Assembly (NCBI GenBank): GCA_965140585.1
Contig: OZ223264.1
Coordinates: 224,001 to 288,000 of the forward strand
Direction: 5' to 3'
DNA: 64,000 nt
DNA from: Spirochaetia bacterium
Lineage (GTDB): Bacteria; Spirochaetota; Spirochaetia; UBA9216
How positions within the stretch are numbered: position 1 is the stretch's first letter; each line of letters begins with the position of its first letter. Shown here one piece after another: positions 56,297 to 64,000 of this stretch. The notes beneath the pieces are model-generated. The model was given only the letters and a program-made list of their open reading frames with translations, did no database searches and had not been told where the DNA came from. Position numbers and translations under genes: made by a program.

Positions 56297-56866
56297 ATGG
56301 ATACCGTATTTTCGAAATATCAGTCAATTGTAGAAAATACGGCAACGATCTGCGATAAACTTTTTGAAAAATACAAAGAAGAAATAACCTGTTTTGCCGG
56401 CTGCGGATACTGCTGCAGCCGGCTGCATCTGCGGCCGGTTGAATTATGGGCGATAAAACGCAGGATGAAGCTTGATGGTTTTACCATACCGGATATGAAT
56501 GATTCAAAGGAATGTCCCTTCATGTCTGATGATTACAGCTGCGGGATCTACATGTACCGGCCTCTTATCTGCCGGATTCACGGTATCCCGATTAAATACA
56601 TGGTGATCGAATATGATATTGATGGAAACCGTGTAATCCATGATCCTCCCGAAATTGAAATTTATTACTGTGAACGAAACTTTGCTGAACGAACCGAGAA
56701 CGATGATTCATTTTTTTCGGTGGAAGGGAACTGTTTTGACATGGAGGCCCTGCAGGACGAGCTTGGCCAGCTGAATGAAGAATTTGTAAAAACCGCGGAA
56801 GGTTCCGAGTTCAGAAATCTCAATGACTGGGATCGTATTCTTCTTTCCGACTTTTTCAGGCCCTGA
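56297..56866 (+). CDS. YkgJ-family CxxCxxCC protein
   Basis: CFAGCGYCC, CPFM, CGIY..RPLICR. Confidence 0.9.
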   Translation: MDTVFSKYQSIVENTATICDKLFEKYKEEITCFAGCGYCCSRLHLRPVELWAIKRRMKLDGFTIPDMNDSKECPFMSDDYSCGIYMYRPLICRIHGIPIKYMVIEYDIDGNRVIHDPPEIEIYYCERNFAERTENDDSFFSVEGNCFDMEALQDELGQLNEEFVKTAEGSEFRNLNDWDRILLSDFFRP

Positions 56867-56977
56867 AAATACAAAAAACAGCAATATTACACTATCGATC
56901 CTGAAACTGCATGACTATAATTTAAATAGATAAAAAAAGGCTTTGAAAAAAAGGTAGATATAGATATATTGCTATAT

Positions 56978-57775
56978 ATGAAATATTACAATAAATTGAC
57001 AATTCGGGACAGTGCGAGTAGCTCTATCTGGACAATATCAGGATACCTTCTTGTCCCGGTTGTCTGGATGGTTATATCCTTTTATAACAGAGAGTTTGCC
57101 GGAAAGCCTTTTCCCTATCCATGGGAGGCCGTCTTTGCAATATTCCATACCGATAAATCGGGAATCAATCTTTTTATTCATACCGGTGCCAGTCTTTTAA
57201 GGTGGGGCGCCGGTTTTGCACTTGCCGCACTCTCGGGTATCTTTTTGGGAATTCTTACTGCATATAACAGAAGATTTGATATTCTTCTTTCGCCGCTTGT
57301 TACCGTGATTCAGCTGATTCCCGGGCTTGCCTGGATTCCTATAGCACTCATCCTTTTCGGCCTTGGGAACTTTTCAACTATTTTCATGATTGCCGTAACC
57401 TCCCTTACCCCGGTGCTGATAAATACTAGAGGCGGGATAACACAGATTGATCCTGTGATAATTAAAGCTATACGGATGATGGAACTGAAGAAAACGGATG
57501 TATTTCGTAAAATTATCATACCGGGAGCTGCGCCTTCGGTGCTCAGCGGATTAAGAGTGGGCGCTGCAAATGGATTCAGGGTTCTTATTTCGGCTGAGAT
57601 GATAGTAGGCAGCGGTCTCGGGCTGGGGTTCAGTCTCTATCAATCGCGCTGGAGTCTTGATTATAATCTGTCTTTTGGGGCCCTTATTCTAATGGCAGCC
57701 ATCGGTCTGATTCTTGAGAGGGCTGTATTTAGCCCGATTGAAAGGCGTGTAAAACGATCACGGGGGCTTGAATAA
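56978..57775 (+). CDS. ABC permease (nitrate/sulfonate/pyrimidine NitT/TauT family)
   Basis: IPGLAWIP, LISAEM; start uncertain. Confidence 0.9.
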   Translation: MKYYNKLTIRDSASSSIWTISGYLLVPVVWMVISFYNREFAGKPFPYPWEAVFAIFHTDKSGINLFIHTGASLLRWGAGFALAALSGIFLGILTAYNRRFDILLSPLVTVIQLIPGLAWIPIALILFGLGNFSTIFMIAVTSLTPVLINTRGGITQIDPVIIKAIRMMELKKTDVFRKIIIPGAAPSVLSGLRVGAANGFRVLISAEMIVGSGLGLGFSLYQSRWSLDYNLSFGALILMAAIGLILERAVFSPIERRVKRSRGLE

Positions 57776-58569
57776 TGCTTCAATTCAGAAATATCAGTCA
57801 CCGGTACAGCGGTAAAAATAATGTGGTTGAAGCACTGGATTGCGTAAATCTAAAAATTAATCAGGGGGAATTTGTTTGTATTCTGGGTCCCTCAGGTTGT
57901 GGAAAGACATCACTTTTAAATATGGCGGCAGGCTTTATAAAACCTTCAGAGGGAATGGTTATGTTCAAAGGAGATGAGGTTAAGGCGCCCGGACGTGACA
58001 GGGCGGTTATGTTTCAGGAATCAGCGCTTGTTCCATGGCTCACAGTCGGGCAGAATATCGAGATAGCCCTTGATGCTGAAAATGCTGTTGAGTCCGGTGA
58101 ATCAAAAACAAGGCTGGTTAATGCAGCACTCGAGACTGTCGGATTGAGAGGTTTCAACCGTGCGATGCCGCATGAACTTTCAGGCGGGATGAAGCAGAAA
58201 GCTGCAATTGCAAGAACCCTAGTCATAGGATCCGAGTTCCTACTGATGGATGAACCTTTTTCAAGTCTTGATGAACAGACAAGGCTCAGGTTGAATCGGG
58301 AACTTGTTGACATCTGGAGAAGCCGGGGTAAAACCGTATTATTTATCACACATTCTATTCAGGAGGCAGTTGTCATGTCGACAAGGATTGTTTTATTAAG
58401 TGCACGACCCGGTAGAATAACCGGAGAATGGGTTCCTGGAGATGACGGACTCAGCGGAAAGGACCGACAGAAAGCAAGGCTTGATTCGGAAAACTTTAAT
58501 CGAATGGCATCCGATATCAGAGGATCGATGGATCTGTGCTGTCCTCCGGAAGGAGAGTGCCGATGCTGA
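57775..58569 (+). CDS. ABC ATP-binding protein (NitT/TauT family)
   Basis: GPSGCGKT, LSGGMKQ, LMDEPFSSLD, FITHSIQEA. Confidence 0.95.
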   Translation: MLQFRNISHRYSGKNNVVEALDCVNLKINQGEFVCILGPSGCGKTSLLNMAAGFIKPSEGMVMFKGDEVKAPGRDRAVMFQESALVPWLTVGQNIEIALDAENAVESGESKTRLVNAALETVGLRGFNRAMPHELSGGMKQKAAIARTLVIGSEFLLMDEPFSSLDEQTRLRLNRELVDIWRSRGKTVLFITHSIQEAVVMSTRIVLLSARPGRITGEWVPGDDGLSGKDRQKARLDSENFNRMASDIRGSMDLCCPPEGECRC

Positions 58570-59501
58570 ACCGGAATAAAAAAATTCTATATTCGGCAAT
58601 TCTGCTGGTTTTTGCCGCTATTCCGGTCCTGGCATCAGGACAGAGTGATCTCCCTGTTTTTGCCTTCCAGGATCGTGTGGGTGATGCTTCGGCTATTCTG
58701 GCAGCTTCAGAGCTTGAGGCTGCCGGGGTTTTTAAAACTATTAGGTTTTCATCAGGAAACCTTTGTGCTGAAGCCCTCATTACCGCAAATGCGGATGCCG
58801 CCACCATGGGTGATGCGGTTGCGGTTAATCTTGCTTCAAGATATCCGAATATGGTTGTTATTCTTGGTGTGCACGGCGAAGGCTCGTCAAGGCACCGGCT
58901 TGTAAGCCATAATACCAATCCGGAAAAGATTGGCGTGAAATTCGGGACGAGTACCCATGCAGCTCTTCTTGCCTGGCTTGAAATAAAAGGGCTATCCGGC
59001 TCATCGCCTGATTACCCTGTCCTGATTGATATGTCTCCGTCTATTCAGATTTCTGCGCTTGAGTCGGGTGAAATTGAAGCCCTTGCAGCAAGTGAACCTA
59101 CGCCCAGCATTGCCGAAGATAAACTCTCGGAACCCGGAGGTCTTTCAGGATATTCCGCAGAGCCTCTGCAGTTGGAAGGGCGCCGCTTTCCGCTTGTTCT
59201 GGTTACTACAAGAAAATCCCTGCAAAGATATCCGGAACAGTTGGCAGAGCTTGAATCTGCGCTATTTTCAAATGGAAATCTTCTTAGCAGGAATTTGAAT
59301 GGGATTTCTTCTGCTCAGGTGGATATACTTCTATCGGTTACCGGGCTCAGCCGATCTCTTCTTGAAAAAACCCTTTCTTTCCATCAATTCGGTTTTTCCG
59401 AATTTTCCGGATACCAGCAGGAAATGTCTGCTCTGGCAGATTTCATGATGTCCGGTGGCAGTATCTCTACAGTACCTGACTGGACAAGGGTATCTGAATA
59501 A
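58563..59501 (+). CDS. ABC substrate-binding protein (NMT1/SsuA-like)
   Basis: Signal peptide ..VLASGQSD; KIGVKFGTSTH, ALESGEIEA. Confidence 0.85.
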   Translation: MLNRNKKILYSAILLVFAAIPVLASGQSDLPVFAFQDRVGDASAILAASELEAAGVFKTIRFSSGNLCAEALITANADAATMGDAVAVNLASRYPNMVVILGVHGEGSSRHRLVSHNTNPEKIGVKFGTSTHAALLAWLEIKGLSGSSPDYPVLIDMSPSIQISALESGEIEALAASEPTPSIAEDKLSEPGGLSGYSAEPLQLEGRRFPLVLVTTRKSLQRYPEQLAELESALFSNGNLLSRNLNGISSAQVDILLSVTGLSRSLLEKTLSFHQFGFSEFSGYQQEMSALADFMMSGGSISTVPDWTRVSE

Positions 59502-59516
59502 TTCGATAATTGAATC

Positions 59517-60464
59517 ATGGAAAAAATTAAAATAGGAATAAGCAGCTGTCTTCTTGGAAATAAAGTCCGTTTTGACGGACAGCATAAACTGGACAGATTC
59601 ATAACCGGTACGCTTGGTAAATGGTGTGAATTCATCCCGGTCTGTCCCGAGGTTGAGTGCGGAATGTCAATTCCCAGAGAGAGTTTGAGGCTGGTTGGAG
59701 ATCCTGAAGATCCGCGGCTTCTAACAGGGAAGACCGGAGTTGATTTTACCCAACAAATGAAGACCTGGGCAGATGAAAGGCTGAAGAAGCTTGAATCTGA
59801 AGATCTTGTAGCCTTTATATTCAAGGCTAAAAGTCCTTCAAGCGGTCTCAGGGCTGTGAAGGTTTACGGAGAATCAGGTAATCCGGTCAGTTACCATGGG
59901 CAGGGTCTTTTTGCTGCCGCTTTTGTCGGGTATTTTCCCGATGTTCCTGTTGAAGATGAAGGGCGGCTTCATGACCCTGGCATCAGGGAGAACTTCATAG
60001 AAACTATCTTTATTCTGCAGCGGTGGCGTGAGCTTGTTGCAGGGGAAGGGCCTTCTGCCCTGGTTGATTTTCACAGCAGGCATAAATATATATTTATGGC
60101 CCACAGTCCGCAGAAACAGAAGGAAATGGGTAAGATTGTCGCCAGAGCGGGGAGCGGAAATCGTTCCGATATCCTTGATGAGTACAGGGCTGTACTTCTG
60201 AAAGCTCTTGAGATACAGAAAAACAGGAAGAAAAACTACAATGTCCTGCTGCACATGGCCGGGTATTTCCGAAAGCTCATCAGTGATGATGAACGTGCTG
60301 AGCTGCTTGAAGCTTCAGAACAGTATTATAACGAACTTGTTCCATTAATCGTTCCGCTGACATTATTCCGTCACTATGTACGAAAATACCGGGAGCCCTA
60401 TCTTGAACTGCAGTACTATCTTTATCCGCATCCGTTTGAAATGGGCCTCCTGAATCATGTCTGA
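59517..60464 (+). CDS. DUF523 + DUF1722 (YbgA; 2-thiouracil desulfurase-like) protein
   Basis: ISSCLLG..VRFDG, VCPEVECG..PRE, KSPSSG, FHSRHK, LLHMAGYF. Confidence 0.92.
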   Translation: MEKIKIGISSCLLGNKVRFDGQHKLDRFITGTLGKWCEFIPVCPEVECGMSIPRESLRLVGDPEDPRLLTGKTGVDFTQQMKTWADERLKKLESEDLVAFIFKAKSPSSGLRAVKVYGESGNPVSYHGQGLFAAAFVGYFPDVPVEDEGRLHDPGIRENFIETIFILQRWRELVAGEGPSALVDFHSRHKYIFMAHSPQKQKEMGKIVARAGSGNRSDILDEYRAVLLKALEIQKNRKKNYNVLLHMAGYFRKLISDDERAELLEASEQYYNELVPLIVPLTLFRHYVRKYREPYLELQYYLYPHPFEMGLLNHV

Positions 60465-60580
60465 AAAATAATATTTCCAGGGGTCATTCTGAAGCATTTA
60501 TACTGTTTAAGAAATATAAAATTCTTAAATCGGTAATCAGGGTTTATACTGCATTAACCGAAAGCTGCAGAGGAGCGGAG

Positions 60581-61342
60581 ATGACCGGAAATATTAAACA
60601 GTACAAAAGCAGAATCCCGAGGAAGCAGAAGGTCAGGCGGACGATTCTCTTGATCTCCTTTATGCTGTTTCCAGTTACAGTGTTTTACTTTTCACCATAT
60701 CTGATTATCATGGGTGCGGCTGAGGGGGCAGTTTCTTTCAGTTTTCTTCTGTTCACCGGGATGTTTGTCTTCTCGATGCTTTTGGGCAGGGGCTTCTGCG
60801 GATGGGTATGTCCTGCCGGCGGACTTCAGGATTGTGCTTCCGCCGGGATAGATAAGCCTGCAAGAGGCGGGAAGGCAAATTTAATCAAGTTTATTCTATG
60901 GGTTCCATGGCTTGCGGTTATTGTTCTTTTTTTTGTTAAAGCAGGCGGAATTAAAACACTTGATCCTTTCATAGGAACCGATTTCGGAATGTCTGTTACC
61001 AGACCGCAGGCTTACATCATCTACATTCCTGTTCTGCTTCTCATACTGATTCCGGCACTGACTGCCGGGAAAAGAAGTTTCTGTCATTATATATGCTGGA
61101 TGGCTCCTTTTATGATTCTGGGAAGGCGGCTGGGGCGGTTTATACGGATACCCTCTATTGGGCTGAAGTCTGATAAAGACTGCTGTGTCAAATGCGGACT
61201 TTGTTCCAGGGCCTGTCCTATGTCACTTGATGTTCTGGCCATGGTTCAGTCGCAGAATATGTTCAACGATGAATGTATACTCTGTGGTGAATGTACCGAT
61301 GTCTGCAATAAGGGAGCTCTCCGGTTTATTTTTAAACGGTAG
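60581..61342 (+). CDS. Membrane 4Fe-4S ferredoxin-type protein (NapH/MauN-like)
   Basis: GRGFCGWVCP, FCHYICW, CVKCGLCSRACP, CILCGECTDVC. Confidence 0.92.
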   Translation: MTGNIKQYKSRIPRKQKVRRTILLISFMLFPVTVFYFSPYLIIMGAAEGAVSFSFLLFTGMFVFSMLLGRGFCGWVCPAGGLQDCASAGIDKPARGGKANLIKFILWVPWLAVIVLFFVKAGGIKTLDPFIGTDFGMSVTRPQAYIIYIPVLLLILIPALTAGKRSFCHYICWMAPFMILGRRLGRFIRIPSIGLKSDKDCCVKCGLCSRACPMSLDVLAMVQSQNMFNDECILCGECTDVCNKGALRFIFKR

Positions 61343-61454
61343 CCGCTCATATTATTGTATTTAAACATATTCCTTTCATAATTCATTTACATTTCCGCTG
61401 TAATAATTCTAATTTCAATTTGCAGCAGGAATAGCAGGCAGAGATTCCATATCA

Positions 61455-61637
61455 ATGATTGTGCTTTTTACCGCAGCCCTGATCGGAGGAGTCTTTTTCT
61501 GCGGCCGGCTTTGGTCAGCCGGTGTGAAAATTGCGGTACATAAGAATGTCCGGAATTTTCAGTGCATCAACTGTTTTAATTGTATAGAAGCATGCCCTGT
61601 GAAAGGCGCTTTAACATATGGTCCTGTTTTAATATGA
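61455..61637 (+). pseudogene. Internally deleted remnant of a similar 4Fe-4S membrane protein
   Basis: GGVFFCG joined directly to CINCFNCIEACP. Confidence 0.55.
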
Positions 61638-61846
61638 AGGAGCAAAAAATGAAGAGTAAATTTTACGTTAGGGTCTTGGTTATTGGAATTGTAATGATGA
61701 GTCTTGTATCAACAAGTGTGTTTGCGTTCAGATCTAAAAACAATTACACCATTCCGGACAGGCTTTTTAGCGTAAATTCTCAAAAAAATATACATATATT
61801 AGATGATTATATTGTAGATAGCTATCTAATATAATATATTATTATC

Positions 61847-63070
61847 ATGAAAAATACAAATATGCTTATGTTTATCTACTCGTTAAACCAGGGAATTCAC
61901 TGGTTTGCAGTCGGTATTGTTGCCCCGGTAATGATTCTGGTGCTACTGGATATGGGTTTTAATATTGCCCAGGTTGGAACAATAATGGCAGTAATGGGAA
62001 CAACTGTAATGGTTCTGGAGCTTCCCACAGGTGGAGTAGCTGATTCAATCGGCAGAAAACGCATATACATGCTTGCTGTAGCGTTTTACATGACCGGATA
62101 TGCAGTGATTCTATTTGCGGAAAGTTTTTATCTGCTTTTTATTTCTGTCTTTCTGCTCGGGGCCGGGCGTGCACTGTCTTCCGGTTCAATGGAAGCCTGG
62201 TTTGTTGACGGATGTAAGCAGGAAGGCATGGATGATTCCTCACTTCAGAAGGCTCTTGCAAAAGCCGGTGTTGTTATACCTGCCGCACTAGGGGCCGGAA
62301 CTCTTGCAGGTGGGTTTATTCCGGATCTTACCGGTTCATACCGCTCGAATATTGCTGTTCTTGTTGGAATTTACGCCTTTCAGATTATACTTACAGGTAT
62401 TCTGGTGAAGGAAGACCGTTCACAATTTTCCGGCCGTGTTCTTGACGGTTTCAGAGCTTTTCCGCATGTTATCAGTTCAGCTGTTCAGTATGGTTTTAAA
62501 AGCAGGAACACTCTTATTATTTTAATCGCGACTTTCGGGCTTGGAATAGGCCTTTCCGGACTTGAACAGCTGTGGCAGCCGAAAATAAGGGCCCTGTCGC
62601 CTGAGTCTGGAAGTTGGCTGCTTGGTGTTGTTTCATCAGGATATTTTGTCTGCGCTGCAGGCGGAAGCGCACTTTCGGTATATATTGTAAAACTGTTTAA
62701 AAACAGGTACGCTCTTGTCTTGTTTGTTTCAAGACTGATCATGTCGGTTATGTATATAGCGCTCTCTTTCATGTTCAGTATTGAAGGTTTCATACCCCTG
62801 TATTTACTGATCATGCTTGCAAACGGAGTAAACGGATCTCCGGAAATGACAGTCTTTAACCGGGATATTCCTTCAGAGCGGCGTTCAACCCTGCTGTCCC
62901 TCAATTCGCTTTTTCTTCAGTCGGGAGGAGCGTTGGGTTCACTTTTAGCCGGTTTTCTTGCTTATAGATCCGGAATAGGAACATCCTGGCTGGTTGCCGG
63001 TTTTGCGCTTGCAGTTCTTTCATTTATTTATCTGTTTCTAAAGGAGAAGCCTGTTGAAGATAGAGTATAA
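61847..63070 (+). CDS. MFS transporter
   Basis: ELPTGGVADSIGRK, RALSSGSMEAW, IPSERRSTLLS; ~12 TMs. Confidence 0.93.
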   Translation: MKNTNMLMFIYSLNQGIHWFAVGIVAPVMILVLLDMGFNIAQVGTIMAVMGTTVMVLELPTGGVADSIGRKRIYMLAVAFYMTGYAVILFAESFYLLFISVFLLGAGRALSSGSMEAWFVDGCKQEGMDDSSLQKALAKAGVVIPAALGAGTLAGGFIPDLTGSYRSNIAVLVGIYAFQIILTGILVKEDRSQFSGRVLDGFRAFPHVISSAVQYGFKSRNTLIILIATFGLGIGLSGLEQLWQPKIRALSPESGSWLLGVVSSGYFVCAAGGSALSVYIVKLFKNRYALVLFVSRLIMSVMYIALSFMFSIEGFIPLYLLIMLANGVNGSPEMTVFNRDIPSERRSTLLSLNSLFLQSGGALGSLLAGFLAYRSGIGTSWLVAGFALAVLSFIYLFLKEKPVEDRV

Positions 63071-64000
63071 CTCCGCTGTAGATCTCTGCTGTGCTATGCT
63101 TCAGTTTGTTCACTGGGATGAGATAAAAGGTTTTGTCCCGGGATATACCTACAGTCCGGAACTTGATGCCTGGTACGAGGAAGTGAATAACGGACTTTCA
63201 GGGGTTATTAAGGCGGATCTGAATTATCTGATTCATGATTTTATCGGTCTGATTTTTCTTCCGGTTGATCTTGCTCTTAACGAGAATATTGTCGAGCCGA
63301 AACAATTGATTCAGAGGCTTGAATCTGCAGATCCTCAGCTGCTCACAGAAAGACTTTTTAATACCTATCTTACCGGAAGGGGCTTTGCTGAGGTAGCGGG
63401 AGATGACGATAAAATTCTCAGCGCTATCCGGCTGGCTGACGGAACAACCAAAAAAAATGAAGCTGAAAAGTTTCTTGATTACACCCGGTCTCCGGACGCC
63501 TACCGCAGCCGGCTTGCAGATACTATGCGGAAATTTCTTGAGGTTGCGTTTGAACCTTTTTCAGAGATTGTTCAGAATGAAATATTCAGACAGATAGAAG
63601 CTGATCAAATGCTGCTGGACTCGGATCCCGACAGATTTTTCAGCGGGTACTGCAGAACTAAGCCGGAAGACGGTCTGGAAACCAGCCGGCTGCTGATAAG
63701 TTTTTTTGATGAGCTGGATATAATCTACATTGATAATCCTTCGACTATAATCTACGGCCGGTGCAGGTTTCTGATGGAGGACAGCGGCAGTATTCCACTT
63801 GAGCAGATTTACAGCCTGCTTGCAGACGAAAGCCGTAGAACAATTCTGCAGATGCTCTGCAGGAAGCCCTGGTTTATCAGGGAGATAGCAGATGAACTGA
63901 ATATAACCTCTGCTACAGTTTCGTACCATATGAGTAAATTATCAGCCCTCGATCTTGTTAGTTATGAACAGGGTGAACGTAAGCGTATATACTATCGTGC
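63054..64000 (+). CDS. ArsR-family regulator with C-terminal HTH (3' partial)
   Basis: AAGGAG + TTG 63054; frame runs off the window edge; LLADESRRTILQML...EIADELNITSATVSYHMSKL. Confidence 0.85.
   Translation, partial: MKIEYNSAVDLCCAMLQFVHWDEIKGFVPGYTYSPELDAWYEEVNNGLSGVIKADLNYLIHDFIGLIFLPVDLALNENIVEPKQLIQRLESADPQLLTERLFNTYLTGRGFAEVAGDDDKILSAIRLADGTTKKNEAEKFLDYTRSPDAYRSRLADTMRKFLEVAFEPFSEIVQNEIFRQIEADQMLLDSDPDRFFSGYCRTKPEDGLETSRLLISFFDELDIIYIDNPSTIIYGRCRFLMEDSGSIPLEQIYSLLADESRRTILQMLCRKPWFIREIADELNITSATVSYHMSKLSALDLVSYEQGERKRIYYR

Noticed and set aside
61580-61834. 84-aa ORF with signal-peptide-like segment
   Set aside because: Probably a gene remnant; too little support to assign
63403-63929. 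Short ORFs 63403-63597 (+) and 63561-63929 (-)
   Set aside because: They lie within the ArsR-family frame starting at 63054 that runs off the window edge

Overview
The window has two parts. (1) About 1-31177 is the right-hand portion of an AT-rich temperate HK97-fold siphovirus prophage. It runs HNH/terminase, portal, protease, capsid, neck, tail tube, a -1 frameshifted tail chaperone, tape measure, tail tip and an unusual lysis cassette. After that come about 11.5 kb of cargo: a Vsr-Dcm-MvaI/BcnI restriction-modification locus, lipoproteins, two frameshifted toxin/Abi genes, an uncharacterised two-gene nuclease operon, a promoter-bearing direct repeat and an orphan Rhs toxin-immunity pair. 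The prophage appears to end at an 8-bp inverted repeat around a central GT (31168-31185), exactly where an ssb gene loses its start, which suggests integration into ssb. No integrase is in the window. (2) About 31178-64000 is visibly more GC-rich host chromosome, probably a Spirochaetales bacterium (inferred from the IEGNLVRDP-type SSB, a DUF261-like gene and signal-peptide style). It holds a sigma54/NtrC two-component locus, CoA-disulfide reductase, a YtrA-stomatin-LolCDE-like operon, AzlCD, GGDEF, OhrR/Gpx, small lipoproteins, LysR/SDR, an ABC transporter, MFS and ArsR. The most notable observations are the ssb-splitting att site, a fully overlapping spanin-like gene pair sharing one RBS, a cysteine-peptidase candidate endolysin, a candidate new two-gene defence system and repeat-delimited cargo cassettes. 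All family calls come from motif recognition by eye, with no database searches.
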